Notes under the pieces: generated by a model
What the model saw: only the letters and a program-made list of their open reading frames with translations
What the model was told of the DNA's origin: nothing
Databases searched by the model: none
Program-made: the position numbers and the translations under genes
Part shown: positions 30,619 to 40,768 of the stretch, one piece after another
How the letters are laid out: the number at the start of each line of letters is the position of its first letter
How positions within the stretch are numbered: the stretch's first letter is position 1
NCBI GenBank assembly: GCA_027459745.1
Contig: DAIDHL010000006.1
Coordinates: 19,578-83,577, forward strand
Origin: Candidatus Levyibacteriota bacterium
GTDB lineage: Bacteria; Patescibacteriota; Microgenomatia; Levybacterales; UBA12049
DNA: 64,000 bases
Reading direction: 5' to 3'

Positions 30619-31284
30619 CTAATTAGTCTTTCCAGTTTTTATAATTTCGAAAAATTCACAATAAGTTCCTTTTCCACTCATTGCTCCGCGATAACGATTG
30701 AGACCTTTGATGGCTTCGTCATAAGCTATGTTTGCTAATTGCGAACTGTGTTTTCTTAATGCTTCAAGTTTGGTTTCGATCACCTCTGATATATCCTCAA
30801 CATAATTAAAAGTTGTTAACGGTGTCCATACTTCATAAGATAAAACCGTGGATACATTCCAAGGTTGTCCTTTAACTTCTTGATAGCTATTCCTTCCTGC
30901 TCGGTCTATTGCTTCTTTAACCAGCTCAAATGTTTTGGAATGATCACGGTGCGTTTCGTTTTGGTGAGGTAAGTAAACTATATCCGGTTTTTTCTCACGG
31001 ATTATCTCCATCAATTTATTTACAGTTCTGGTTTCATATTCAATATAACCATCAGCTAATTCGAGATATATTGTTTCATGTATACCAAGAACACTTTTGG
31101 CATCATTAATCTCCCTTTTACGTATATCTGACATTTGCTGTTTGGTATATTTCAAGTCTCCTGCATCGCCAAAAGTTAAATATACAACATTAACTATATG
31201 TCCCTTCTTAACATGATTAGCTATACTGCCGCCGCAGCCAATAATATCGTCATCAGGATGTGGAGCAAAGATTAGAATATTCAT
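30619..31284 (-). CDS. PIG-L / LmbE-family N-acetylglucosaminyl deacetylase (MshB/BshB-like)
   Basis: IFAPHPDDDIIGCGG (AHPDDE motif) and HRDH motif; 221 aa. Confidence 0.8.
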   Translation of the reverse strand: MNILIFAPHPDDDIIGCGGSIANHVKKGHIVNVVYLTFGDAGDLKYTKQQMSDIRKREINDAKSVLGIHETIYLELADGYIEYETRTVNKLMEIIREKKPDIVYLPHQNETHRDHSKTFELVKEAIDRAGRNSYQEVKGQPWNVSTVLSYEVWTPLTTFNYVEDISEVIETKLEALRKHSSQLANIAYDEAIKGLNRYRGAMSGKGTYCEFFEIIKTGKTN

Positions 31285-31326
31285 ACTATTTTTATGGATA
31301 AGCCTTATTCCTAAATACTTGTACCT

Positions 31327-32559
31327 TTAACCTAAACTTTTATATAATCTTATCATTTTATTGGCTGTGTTGGTCCATGTCAAATCTGCAACTTTATTTC
31401 TGATTCCCTCGCTGACTTTTTGATGGGCTTGTTCATCAATTAGCAAATGCTCGATTTGAGATGCTAAAAGTAAGGGGTTGTTCACAGTGGTAATTAATTT
31501 CTCCCTCTGTTTGTCTATTATACTAGCAATTCCGGCAACGTTTGAGGTTATAACGGGCGTACCGCATGCCATCGCTTCCAAAGCAGCTATGCCGAAAGAT
31601 TCATAATGAGATGGCATAATCACTACTTCTGCTGCGTTGTAATAATAAGGTAGTTCGTCTTGTGTTTTTTGTCCGACAAATTCTACAATGTTGGGAATAT
31701 GTAGTATATGACGGAGTTTGTTTAGTTTTGCCATTTCAGTTTTAATGGGTATATTTTTTTGTGTTATGTCTCCCCCGGCAATTAACAGCTTTACAGGTAA
31801 GTTTGGGTTTTTGCTCACCATAATCTTCATGGCATAAATCAATGCATCGATTCCCTTAAGTGGTTCAATTCGTCCTACAAATAATACAATTTTTTTCACA
31901 TGTTCATGGATTTTATCCTTGGCAACCTGTTGATCAATAGGATGGAAATGTTCGACATCAATTCCAGGAGGAATGACAACCAATTTTTCTTTTGGACAAT
32001 CATATAGATATTGTGTGTATAAGGCGTCACTAATGCTGGAGGTTATAACTTTATCAACATCTTGAATCAACTTAAATTCTGCTGTTATGCGCTCCACATT
32101 TTCTTCTTCTCTTTCGCTTCTGGCAACTAGATTTTTCATCAGAGCCAATGTGTGAAAGGACATGAAGATGGGAAGCTTTTTGTCAGCGTTGATTTTTAAG
32201 CCGATTAAACCTGATAGATAATAATGGCAATGGAGAATATTGTAGGATAGGTTTTCTTGCTCTATAAATTTCTTATAACTGTCAACAAATTCATCGATGT
32301 AGTTTAACAACAGTTTTTTATCAATTTGTTTTTCTTCACCAGCAGTTAGATGAATAACTCGTAAATTCGGGTTTAATTGTACGATTCTTTCATCGTTTTC
32401 GCCCTGACAACGTGTGAAGATATCAACTTGGCATCCTTTTTGTGTTAGTTCTTTTGCTAGCTCTAAAACATACACGTTCATTCCACCTGTTTCCTTGCCT
32501 TCTTGCGAAGCTAGTGGACAAGTATGATAAGAGATCATGGCAATACGTTTTTGTTTCAT
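31327..32559 (-). CDS. GT4 retaining glycosyltransferase with an MshA-type N-terminal signature
   Basis: MISYHTCPLASQEGKETGGMNVYVLELAKEL matches the SxHTSPL...GGMNVYV block of MshA (UDP-GlcNAc: inositol-phosphate GlcNAc transferase); C-terminal GT-B E...E motifs. Confidence 0.7.
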   Translation of the reverse strand: MKQKRIAMISYHTCPLASQEGKETGGMNVYVLELAKELTQKGCQVDIFTRCQGENDERIVQLNPNLRVIHLTAGEEKQIDKKLLLNYIDEFVDSYKKFIEQENLSYNILHCHYYLSGLIGLKINADKKLPIFMSFHTLALMKNLVARSEREEENVERITAEFKLIQDVDKVITSSISDALYTQYLYDCPKEKLVVIPPGIDVEHFHPIDQQVAKDKIHEHVKKIVLFVGRIEPLKGIDALIYAMKIMVSKNPNLPVKLLIAGGDITQKNIPIKTEMAKLNKLRHILHIPNIVEFVGQKTQDELPYYYNAAEVVIMPSHYESFGIAALEAMACGTPVITSNVAGIASIIDKQREKLITTVNNPLLLASQIEHLLIDEQAHQKVSEGIRNKVADLTWTNTANKMIRLYKSLG

Positions 32560-32595
32560 AACTTACAGATTATAGCACGAGGCTTGTAGAATGTT

Positions 32596-32625
32596 GTCAT
32601 TCCAACGAAAGTTGGAATCCAGACA
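32596..32625. promoter_or_regulatory. Stable intercistronic stem-loop TGTC-ATTCCAAC-gaaa-GTTGGAAT-ccAGACA (GNRA tetraloop) between the phosphatase and GT4 genes; shares the TTGTCATTCC motif with the enolase leader
   Basis: Read directly from the sequence. Confidence 0.5.
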
Positions 32626-32658
32626 TAGCAAACTAATTGATCAAATTTTTTGCAAGTA

Positions 32659-33288
32659 TTAAATGTTTGGTTTAAAGACGCCTATGACCGATTGAATTTG
32701 TTCGTGTTCATAAATTACTTTATATACTTCACAATGATGGACGTATTCGCCTGTTTTATTAAGTAGATTGTCTAAATTTAATTCTAGTTGGTTATGTAAT
32801 AATTTTAAACTCATAATTGGGTCGCCATGTGAAACAGCAATAATGTTTTCACCATTGTGATCTTGATGTTGCTGCTGAAGAAAACTATTTATTCTATTGC
32901 CTACTTCGTCTAAAGATTCTGCATCGAGTCGATTATTTCCATTAGCAAAAATTTCGAAATTAATTGAGTTTATATAAGCAAATGTTTGGCCTTGTAATTC
33001 CGATCGTACTTCCAAAAGGTTATCTGAGTAGATAGTTGGTAAATTTAATTTCTGTCCAATAATACGTGCGGTTTGTTTAGTTCTTTCTAAGGGACTCGAA
33101 TAAATTGCATTGATGTTTTGAGTTTGTAAAAAATCAGCAGCTTGTTCTGCTTGTTGTTTACCTAAATCTGAAAGTGGATAACCTGGCATTCTGCCGTACC
33201 AGATCTGTTCAGGATTTTGCACATCTCCATGACGGATAAAGTAAAATACTGTCGGCATACTTTTAGTATACAGCATTAAATAGAACAA
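32659..33288 (-). CDS. Histidine-phosphatase superfamily (phosphoglycerate-mutase-like) phosphatase
   Basis: FIRHGD catalytic RHG motif; downstream SHG; 209 aa. Confidence 0.65.
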   Translation of the reverse strand: MFYLMLYTKSMPTVFYFIRHGDVQNPEQIWYGRMPGYPLSDLGKQQAEQAADFLQTQNINAIYSSPLERTKQTARIIGQKLNLPTIYSDNLLEVRSELQGQTFAYINSINFEIFANGNNRLDAESLDEVGNRINSFLQQQHQDHNGENIIAVSHGDPIMSLKLLHNQLELNLDNLLNKTGEYVHHCEVYKVIYEHEQIQSVIGVFKPNI

Positions 33289-33325
33289 AAATCAAATGAT
33301 CTACTTCTTTTGGAGATTGCCAGAA

Positions 33326-35095
33326 TCAATAGATATCAAATTTTTCCAAGAGTTTTTTATTTCCCTCGATTTGGTAATGTAAGAGTTCAGAATAAACACC
33401 AGGTTTGTTGGCTAACTTTTGTGGTGTGCCGCTTTCCATAATCTTTCCTTCATCGACAACCAAAATTTTATCTACATTTTGAATAGTGGAAAAACGATGG
33501 GCAATTATGATTACTAGTTTATTCTTCATCAAATTTTCCAAAGCATCCTGAACTTCCTTCTCTGATTTTGCATCGAGAGAAGAAGTTGCCTCATCTAAAA
33601 TTAATATAGGAGCATTTTTCAGTATAGCTCTAGCTATTTGAATTCTTTGTTTTTGTCCTCCTGATAATCTGATCCCTCTTTCCCCCACTTCGCTTTCGAT
33701 GCCTTTTGGTAATTTCATGACAAAATCATATGCATAAGCAGATTTTAAAGCATTGATAATCTCTTCTTCCGTGGAGTCTGGTCTGCCATAAGCCACATTC
33801 TCCCGGATAGATGTTGAAAATAATTCATTTTCCTGAAAAACTAAAGATATATTTTGCCTTACAAATTTATGGTCCAGATCCTTGTAGTTCTTATTATTTA
33901 TATACACACTCCCTCCGGTTGGTTGATAAAATTTTAGAATTAAATTAACAATTGTTGATTTGCCAGCGCCGCTATGTCCCACCAAGGCCACTGATTCATG
34001 TGAATCAATTTTAAAGGAAACGTCTTTCAGTACATTCTCGTTTTCATTGTAGCTAAAGTCAACATTCTTGAATTCAATTTGCGGTTTTGTAACTTTGTTA
34101 TATTTCTCTTTTTTGTCGTAGAATTCTACTGATTTTAAATTCAATATTTCCAGGTATTCTTTAGATCCAGCTTCGGCCATTTGTAATTGAGTTAAAATAA
34201 AAGACATGGCAAATAAGGGAATTCTGGCTTGGTTTACAAGCTGTAAAATTAACACCATTTCACCTATGGTTAATTTGGAAACATAAGTCTCATAGAAAAC
34301 TATTATATTAATAATAAAAAGAATGATATTGAGAGATAAACCCCGACAAAAATCAAATATATGAAAAGTCCTGCTTTGTCTGGCATAGATCTTATTTAAT
34401 TCGCTTAATTGACCTGAAACTGTTTCATACTCGGCCTTTTCACTGGTAAAACTCTTTACCAAACGGATATTACTGATTACTTCCTGTATCCTTCCCCGGC
34501 TGCGGTCGTCAATAGCGTTTTTTTGTACTTCTAATTTGCCCCACCTGATTGTCGAGTAATAAGAGATTCCCAGATAAATTGGGAAAAGAATGAAAGTAAA
34601 AAAAGCTATTGGTAGGTTATAATAACCAAGGACTAAGACAGTAAAAATGCTTTGTAAAAGAGTTGGCAAGATAAAATTGGTTAAAGAATTGGAAAAGCCC
34701 TGTGTGGCGACGATTCCCCGCGTTAACTGATTGACAATCTTACCGGAAATTTCCGAATCAAAATATGATTGAGGTAAAGTTAAAACTTTATCGTAGAATT
34801 TTTCGGTTAAGAATTGACGCAATCGTCCGGCGAAATGATCACCCAAACGATCAGAGATTACCTGGGCAATGAGACTGAGTAGATTTATTCCAAAAGCGAT
34901 GACTACTAAAGTAATTAGCAACGAGAGATTACCTCCTTGATGGGTAATTTTTAAAGTAATTTGATCGACTATGAATTTTGATAGGATAGGTCCCACCAAA
35001 GCTAAAGCTGCAGAGGTTAAAATAAGTAAAGCAATAGTGATGACCAGCTTGTGCAAAGGCTTGGACAAACGAACTATAGAAAAAAGATTTTTCAT
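33326..35095 (-). CDS. ABC exporter, fused permease-ATPase (MsbA/ABCB-like)
   Basis: 6-TM N-terminal domain; Walker A GHSGAGKST, signature LSGGQKQRIQIARA, Walker B ILILDEATSSLD. Confidence 0.85.
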   Translation of the reverse strand: MKNLFSIVRLSKPLHKLVITIALLILTSAALALVGPILSKFIVDQITLKITHQGGNLSLLITLVVIAFGINLLSLIAQVISDRLGDHFAGRLRQFLTEKFYDKVLTLPQSYFDSEISGKIVNQLTRGIVATQGFSNSLTNFILPTLLQSIFTVLVLGYYNLPIAFFTFILFPIYLGISYYSTIRWGKLEVQKNAIDDRSRGRIQEVISNIRLVKSFTSEKAEYETVSGQLSELNKIYARQSRTFHIFDFCRGLSLNIILFIINIIVFYETYVSKLTIGEMVLILQLVNQARIPLFAMSFILTQLQMAEAGSKEYLEILNLKSVEFYDKKEKYNKVTKPQIEFKNVDFSYNENENVLKDVSFKIDSHESVALVGHSGAGKSTIVNLILKFYQPTGGSVYINNKNYKDLDHKFVRQNISLVFQENELFSTSIRENVAYGRPDSTEEEIINALKSAYAYDFVMKLPKGIESEVGERGIRLSGGQKQRIQIARAILKNAPILILDEATSSLDAKSEKEVQDALENLMKNKLVIIIAHRFSTIQNVDKILVVDEGKIMESGTPQKLANKPGVYSELLHYQIEGNKKLLEKFDIY

Positions 35096-35152
35096 TATGT
35101 TTATTTTACACTACAATAGTGATTTTAGTCACAATGGAATTGATATTTAAGA

Positions 35153-35887
35153 TTATTTCAGAGCAGAAAGATCTTTTTTATCATGCCATAACAGATGCTT
35201 TATCTCTCCAATAATAGTATTGGCCCAAATGGCATAACCAAAATCTGAAGGATGAAACCCATCTTCTGATAAAACTTCCGGATAAGATCGAGTGAAAATT
35301 CTACTTGTTTCATAAAGATCAACTAGTCTTACGTCACAAGCTTTTGCTTGTTTACGGATTATGTTATTCACTCTTGATAATATAACCTTTCCTGCCAGTC
35401 GCATGTGTCTGGGTACTACAGGTGCATTTGTAAGATCAGGAATAGTATTTATGACAATATCGGCGGTAGTATTGGTTTTTAAATTAGAAAGTAAGTGAAA
35501 TAATTCCTTTTCAAATTCTTTAAAAGATGTTTTTTTGATAATATCATTTGTTCCGACTGAGATAGTGATCAAATCAGGTTTCAAGGCAATTGTTTTGTCG
35601 AGCTGATTTTCAATAACATCATTAACTTTGGCAAAAGCCTTGCCCAGGTTGTGATATTGGGTATTCTTTAATGTTAATTTTAGTTGTTGATAGATTATGC
35701 CAGTATACGAACGATCAGGATGGCTAGCTCCTAATCCTTCCACTGAACTGTCCCCTATTGCTACATAAACAAAATTTTTACCTCTATGACGAGAAAAAAT
35801 AAATGAAAATAGCTTATTAAATCCCTGTATAGATTTAAAAACAATATTTTGCATTTTTACTAAGTTTAAGCTAGAATATTTTTTCAT
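35153..35887 (-). CDS. SGNH/GDSL-family hydrolase
   Basis: Block I GDSS (VAIGDSSVEG), block III GTND, block V DGFHP. Confidence 0.7.
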   Translation of the reverse strand: MKKYSSLNLVKMQNIVFKSIQGFNKLFSFIFSRHRGKNFVYVAIGDSSVEGLGASHPDRSYTGIIYQQLKLTLKNTQYHNLGKAFAKVNDVIENQLDKTIALKPDLITISVGTNDIIKKTSFKEFEKELFHLLSNLKTNTTADIVINTIPDLTNAPVVPRHMRLAGKVILSRVNNIIRKQAKACDVRLVDLYETSRIFTRSYPEVLSEDGFHPSDFGYAIWANTIIGEIKHLLWHDKKDLSALK

Positions 35888-35959
35888 ATAGGTATATTAT
35901 AGCTTAAGTAGGCAATAATAAGTTTAATTTGCCTAGGAGATTATGCTTATAAATTTCAA

Positions 35960-36031
35960 GCGGTGGTAGTTCAGTGGTAGAACGCTAGCTTTCCAAGCTG
36001 GATGTCGCCAGTTCGAGTCTGGTCCGCCGCT
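35960..36031 (+). tRNA. tRNA-Gly (anticodon TCC)
   Basis: Acceptor GCGGTGG/CCGCCGC, anticodon stem CTAGC/GCTGG with loop TTTCCAA, T-loop TTCGAGT. Confidence 0.8.
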
Positions 36032-36129
36032 CATTAACATTGTGTGAGCTAAATTTTACTAAATGAGTAATAAGCTTTTTTAGGACAAATTTATTATATT
36101 GACAACAGCATTTTAGTTATTGTAATGTA

Positions 36130-37071
36130 TTGATACCAGCTATTTTTGTGAAAAAGAAATCTGCCCATCGTTCTCATATAAAACACCATAAATCCGGAGT
36201 AAAACTTCCAAAGTACTCTATTATATCTATTCATTATGTTTTTATTGTAACAGTTATACTTTTGGTGGCTGCTGTTGGTTTGTTTTATAATAACTGGCGC
36301 AACACTGGGAATGTACTAGGTGCATCAATTTATTTAGCAGACAATGGTGGTAGTGATGGAGGAGATAAAACAAATTCAACAGATAATTCAAATTCAACAG
36401 ATAGCCTATCTTCTCAATCCGAAAAGCCACAAGTCGTAGAGCCGACTGATGTGCCTGAGATTAAGCAACAAGTAGAACAAGTTCAACAAGAAATACAAAA
36501 CAAAATCGAAAAGTCTCAGCTTCAGAGTATTGAAGTTCAGCCGACAAGTGACGGATCTAGCTCGGGTAGGGTTATCCTCCAACAAAATGATAAATCCACT
36601 CAGCAGATAGGTTTGACTGCTTCACAAACGGCATCACTAACACAGATCAGCACACCACAGGCGGGGACATTAAGCGTACAGGTTAACGCTGCTAATTCCG
36701 TAACTATTACCAATGGGCCTTATACCATTACCACACAATATCCAGTGGTCGTAGATCCTACTAGCCAGACGATGGCAATCAGAACGCCAAGTGGTGTTAC
36801 TGTGATCAAGACATTTCCAGTTCAAGCTTTACAGTCGCTTCCTACGCAAAATAAACTAAGTTCAGTTAGTTCTATTAATTTGACTGATCAGCAAGGTACA
36901 CCTGTGTATCAAACAAGCGGTGTTCAGATTAGAAAGTTTTTAGGTCTGATCCCAGTATCGGGAAATGTTAGTGAACAAATAAATGCACAAACAGGTCAAG
37001 CTACAATTACATCACTTCCCTGGTATTTTTCTGTATTGAATTTTGCTTTCCAATCACCTCAGTCGACATAG
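36130..37071 (+). CDS. Hypothetical membrane-anchored secreted Ser/Thr/Gln-rich protein
   Basis: ORF (TTG start in the track), one TM helix, low-complexity linker. Confidence 0.3.
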   Translation: MIPAIFVKKKSAHRSHIKHHKSGVKLPKYSIISIHYVFIVTVILLVAAVGLFYNNWRNTGNVLGASIYLADNGGSDGGDKTNSTDNSNSTDSLSSQSEKPQVVEPTDVPEIKQQVEQVQQEIQNKIEKSQLQSIEVQPTSDGSSSGRVILQQNDKSTQQIGLTASQTASLTQISTPQAGTLSVQVNAANSVTITNGPYTITTQYPVVVDPTSQTMAIRTPSGVTVIKTFPVQALQSLPTQNKLSSVSSINLTDQQGTPVYQTSGVQIRKFLGLIPVSGNVSEQINAQTGQATITSLPWYFSVLNFAFQSPQST

Positions 37072-37094
37072 TGAGATAATTATAAATGTAACAT

Positions 37095-38246
37095 TTAGGA
37101 GTTAATTTTTCTATAAACATAAAAAAAGTCTTTGTTATATCCATGTAGATAAGCGTAACCTCCATTTTGCATAGCTTTAAGAAGTGGATAATAATCATAT
37201 TTACCTCCCCCCATACTATCGTAAATTATGTAACGTACCCAAAATGGATTAATATCTAGCTGAATAGCATTTACAGCACCAGCTGATTGTAATGCTTTGG
37301 CAAGTGTAGCAGGAACCAACGAATTGCCAACTGCATATATAAGGTTCCCATCATTGGTAATACCTATCCCCGATCTCCAGGTATACATAGTATCTGTGGT
37401 TGTTCTGCCCCACGTATCAGTATTGGCATTATCAAACGAAGTTATATGGCCTGCTTGAATCAAAAAAGGGCCGTTTTGTCTGGCAGCAATAATGTCTTTG
37501 GGCAGAGTTTGTCCTGTGTAGTTTATAATTTGTGCTTGTCCGTTAGAGTGAATCAATAAAGTAGCCATGTTTTTTTTCAAGGGAACATAAGTTTTGCCAT
37601 CTAATATCATTCCATAATGACCATCCGCAGCCATAAATCCCCCATTAAAAACTGCAACTAAAGTGTTGCCTTGCTGTATATTAGATGGAACATAGCCTTT
37701 GCCATAAATCCCATAAACCCCACCTGGGTAATATGTACCTGCTTGCAAACCCAAAGCTAATTCTTTCATATTCATTTTAACGAGTGAGACGATGGCGTAG
37801 TTTCGTGAATTGTCTGGTCGGATAAATGTTCTGGCAATTACTACTTTTTGAGGTACAGTCGATGTTTGAATTGGCTCCCAGTTTCCTTCTGCTGGTAATG
37901 GTGAAAAACTTGCTGTGGGCGTTATAGGCGAGAGTTTCATTCCATTCTGATCAAGAGCTATAGTTGGTGCCAATAAAGCATTTTCAAATGCTGGGTTAAA
38001 AATATTCGCAGAAGGTTTTTGGTAACTTGATTCTATTTTATTAAGATTGTCGCTACTATTAAAATACCATGACTCCAGTGCTAATGTTTGTGAGTTTCCT
38101 ATCAGTGGACGCAAAATATTATCTGCCATTTGAGCAGCAAAGCCATTATTGAAATTGCTCAAAAGTATATACCCGACAATAAAAAGAGTAACAGCGACAG
38201 CGATTAGCGTTAATCGTTTATTTTGAATTCGATTATTTAAGAACAT
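37095..38246 (-). CDS. Membrane-anchored protein with a possible phosphodiester-glycosidase (NAGPA/DUF2233)-like C-terminal domain
   Basis: N-terminal TM; C-terminal NGGFM...GPFLIQAGH...IGITNDGNLIYAVG pattern; tentative. Confidence 0.35.
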   Translation of the reverse strand: MFLNNRIQNKRLTLIAVAVTLFIVGYILLSNFNNGFAAQMADNILRPLIGNSQTLALESWYFNSSDNLNKIESSYQKPSANIFNPAFENALLAPTIALDQNGMKLSPITPTASFSPLPAEGNWEPIQTSTVPQKVVIARTFIRPDNSRNYAIVSLVKMNMKELALGLQAGTYYPGGVYGIYGKGYVPSNIQQGNTLVAVFNGGFMAADGHYGMILDGKTYVPLKKNMATLLIHSNGQAQIINYTGQTLPKDIIAARQNGPFLIQAGHITSFDNANTDTWGRTTTDTMYTWRSGIGITNDGNLIYAVGNSLVPATLAKALQSAGAVNAIQLDINPFWVRYIIYDSMGGGKYDYYPLLKAMQNGGYAYLHGYNKDFFYVYRKINS

Positions 38247-38344
38247 GCAGTTTTATATTTTACTACGTTTTTTTAAAAAATGAAGCGGTAAATTAGCAAT
38301 TTTCAGGTTTTATTAAACATTATTTTCCTTTATACTAAAAGTAT

Positions 38345-39022
38345 ATGTCACTAATAACAAATTTATTAACTAATATTCTAGAATCTAATAGAATTGATCC
38401 TTATGTTGATTGGCTGGCCTCATTTATAGTTCATAATGGAATTTATGCTCCTTCTCTACTCTTATTAATTGAAGAGTCAGGTATTCCTCTCCCTATTCCT
38501 GGGGACGTATACGTGGCTTATACCGGCTATTTAATCTCCAAACATACGATTACTTTTCAATTTGGATTTATTTCTCTTTTGACTGCGGTTTTAATCGGGG
38601 CGTCGATTCTTTACTATTTATCCTCTCATTATGGACAGGTGATTGTCTTGAGATTTGGAAAATATTTGCATTTGAATGAAAAACGATTGTTGACAGTAGA
38701 AGGATGGTTCAAAAAATATGGATTTTGGGTCATCATCTTTGGCAGACATATTCCAGGGTTTAGAGTCCCAATCACATTTTTCGCAGGTATCTCAGGAGTT
38801 CCATATCCTGTTTTTATTGCCAGTACTTTTGTGTCTGTTATTTTTTGGATTTTGTTTTATATTTCAGTAGGTGAAAAGTTAGGAAATAATATTAAAAATT
38901 TTTTACATGTTCATAATTATTTGTTTTATTTATTTATCTGTCTTTTTATTCTATTCGTTGGATCTATTATCTATATAGTTTTGCATAAAAAGAAGAAAAA
39001 ACAAAAAGCTAATAAAAGCTAG
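38345..39022 (+). CDS. DedA / VTT-domain membrane protein
   Basis: LLLLIEESGIPLPIPGDVYVAYTGY matches the DedA E-x-G-x-PxPG block; 5-6 TM helices. Confidence 0.6.
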   Translation: MSLITNLLTNILESNRIDPYVDWLASFIVHNGIYAPSLLLLIEESGIPLPIPGDVYVAYTGYLISKHTITFQFGFISLLTAVLIGASILYYLSSHYGQVIVLRFGKYLHLNEKRLLTVEGWFKKYGFWVIIFGRHIPGFRVPITFFAGISGVPYPVFIASTFVSVIFWILFYISVGEKLGNNIKNFLHVHNYLFYLFICLFILFVGSIIYIVLHKKKKKQKANKS

Positions 39023-39026
39023 AGTG

Positions 39027-40034
39027 TTAATCGTTACTACCGTCAATAGCTTGAATACCTTTTATTAATACTGCTAGGAAAGAGATAAAAGGTACAGCCA
39101 GTAGAGCTCCGGGAATACCCATCAAATTAGCTCCAATGCCAATACCAATAATTACTAATACAGGATTAAGTCCAACGGCCTTTTGCATGATATTGGGTAC
39201 CAATATATGATTTTCCAAAAATTGAATACAGATATATAAAATTACAACTGTAATAGCTGTACTGAATGAAATGGTTAAAGCTACTAAAATAGATGGAATA
39301 GCAGCTATTGTGGGACCTAGTGTAGGAATGAATTCGAGTAATCCAGCCATTATTCCCAATGGTACTGCATAAGGAATACCCAGTATACTTAAAGCGATAA
39401 TAATTGAGACACTAATACAAAACGACAATAAAAGTTGTCCTCTTGCCCAGGCTCCAAGACGGTCGTCTATTTGTTGCATCAAATGTTCGACTTCCTGCTT
39501 TTTATTCTTTTCAAATAATCCAGCTACCCAGTCACGAAACATTTGGTGATACCACAATAAATAAAAACTGACGAAAAGAACAGTAATGACTGAGAAAAAT
39601 CCTCCAAATACTCTGGTAGTAACATCGAACGCATTTTTGCCCACTGAAGTTGCATCTGAAGATAAATAATTTTGTATAGTTTTAGTGTCAATAGGATAAC
39701 CTACACTACGGCTTGACTCAGCTACGATTTTAGGAAAGCTTGTAACAAATTTTTCAATTTCAGGTACAAAAGAGTTAATCATTATACTTACCAATAATAC
39801 GATAGTTACTAGGCCAAAAAGGTAAGGGATTAAAATAGATAAAACCTTTGGAAAGTTACGCTTTTGTAAATACTTAACAAAAGGAATTAAGGCGGAAGTA
39901 ACGATATATGACAAGAAAAAAGAAACCCAGATACTGTGGGTTTGAATGACAAACCATGTCATGACAATAAGCACTAAAGCCATGATCACTTGATTTTTGA
40001 TTAGATATTGATAAAGTCTATAGCGATGAGACAT
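39027..40034 (-). CDS. AI-2E (YdiK/PerM) family membrane transporter
   Basis: 335 aa, 7-8 TM helices, typical AI-2E topology; no sharp motif. Confidence 0.5.
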   Translation of the reverse strand: MSHRYRLYQYLIKNQVIMALVLIVMTWFVIQTHSIWVSFFLSYIVTSALIPFVKYLQKRNFPKVLSILIPYLFGLVTIVLLVSIMINSFVPEIEKFVTSFPKIVAESSRSVGYPIDTKTIQNYLSSDATSVGKNAFDVTTRVFGGFFSVITVLFVSFYLLWYHQMFRDWVAGLFEKNKKQEVEHLMQQIDDRLGAWARGQLLLSFCISVSIIIALSILGIPYAVPLGIMAGLLEFIPTLGPTIAAIPSILVALTISFSTAITVVILYICIQFLENHILVPNIMQKAVGLNPVLVIIGIGIGANLMGIPGALLAVPFISFLAVLIKGIQAIDGSND

Positions 40035-40156
40035 ATTAATCTAACTATATCATGACTGAGCGTAAATATCCAATTTATGAGGTTTAATAGTAAGTTTGCA
40101 GGATAAGTTCAAAGTTGATAAAATAGGTTTGGTTTGAAGTGGTTTTAAAGTAATTT

Positions 40157-40230
40157 GCGCCTGTAGCTCAGCTGGATAGAGCACGTCGGTTCTAACGACA
40201 TGGTCGGAGGTTCGAATCCTCTCAGGCGTA
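40157..40230 (+). tRNA. tRNA-Arg (anticodon TCT)
   Basis: Acceptor GCGCCTG/CAGGCGT, D-arm GCTC-AGCTGGATA-GAGC, anticodon loop GTTCTAA, T-loop TTCGAAT. Confidence 0.75.
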
Positions 40231-40297
40231 CAAAAGAGATGTTCCTCCGTATAATATTAAAACTAAATTTAAATTAGATAAATTCAGGGGGTAAAAT

Positions 40298-40681
40298 TTA
40301 CTTATTTTTGGAGTAAACTGAAGTTGCATGTAGCTTTCCTATTTTGACTCCCCTATCAAAGATGGTTTGTAAATTTTCATTGATTAACTCCGTAGTTTCT
40401 TGTATAGCTGCTTTCTTTTTAGCTGGTGCAATCTGAGCTGCCAATTTCTGTGAAGTTTTCTCAATAGCCTTTTTTTCCATAGTAATATCTAGCTGAGTTT
40501 GAGAAGTCTTTAACATAATATTTGATAATCCACGTTCAAAGGCTTCAACAATAATAATAAATAATAAACTTATGAACAGGGTTGTGATGGCATAAGGATA
40601 TTGTTTATTTACCAAAAAATATATTTCATTTATCATTAAAACCAAAAAAAGTAGGACTTTAAAATAGTAATTTATACGCAT
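40298..40681 (-). CDS. Hypothetical small membrane protein
   Basis: ORF, 2 TM helices at the N-terminus. Confidence 0.3.
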   Translation of the reverse strand: MRINYYFKVLLFLVLMINEIYFLVNKQYPYAITTLFISLLFIIIVEAFERGLSNIMLKTSQTQLDITMEKKAIEKTSQKLAAQIAPAKKKAAIQETTELINENLQTIFDRGVKIGKLHATSVYSKNK

Positions 40682-40768
40682 ATTCCTGAAATTTTAGCTT
40701 GTTTAGTAAAAATAAACAAGCTAAATTGTATGTGATAAATATCACAATTTTATAGTAAAATTGTTCCA

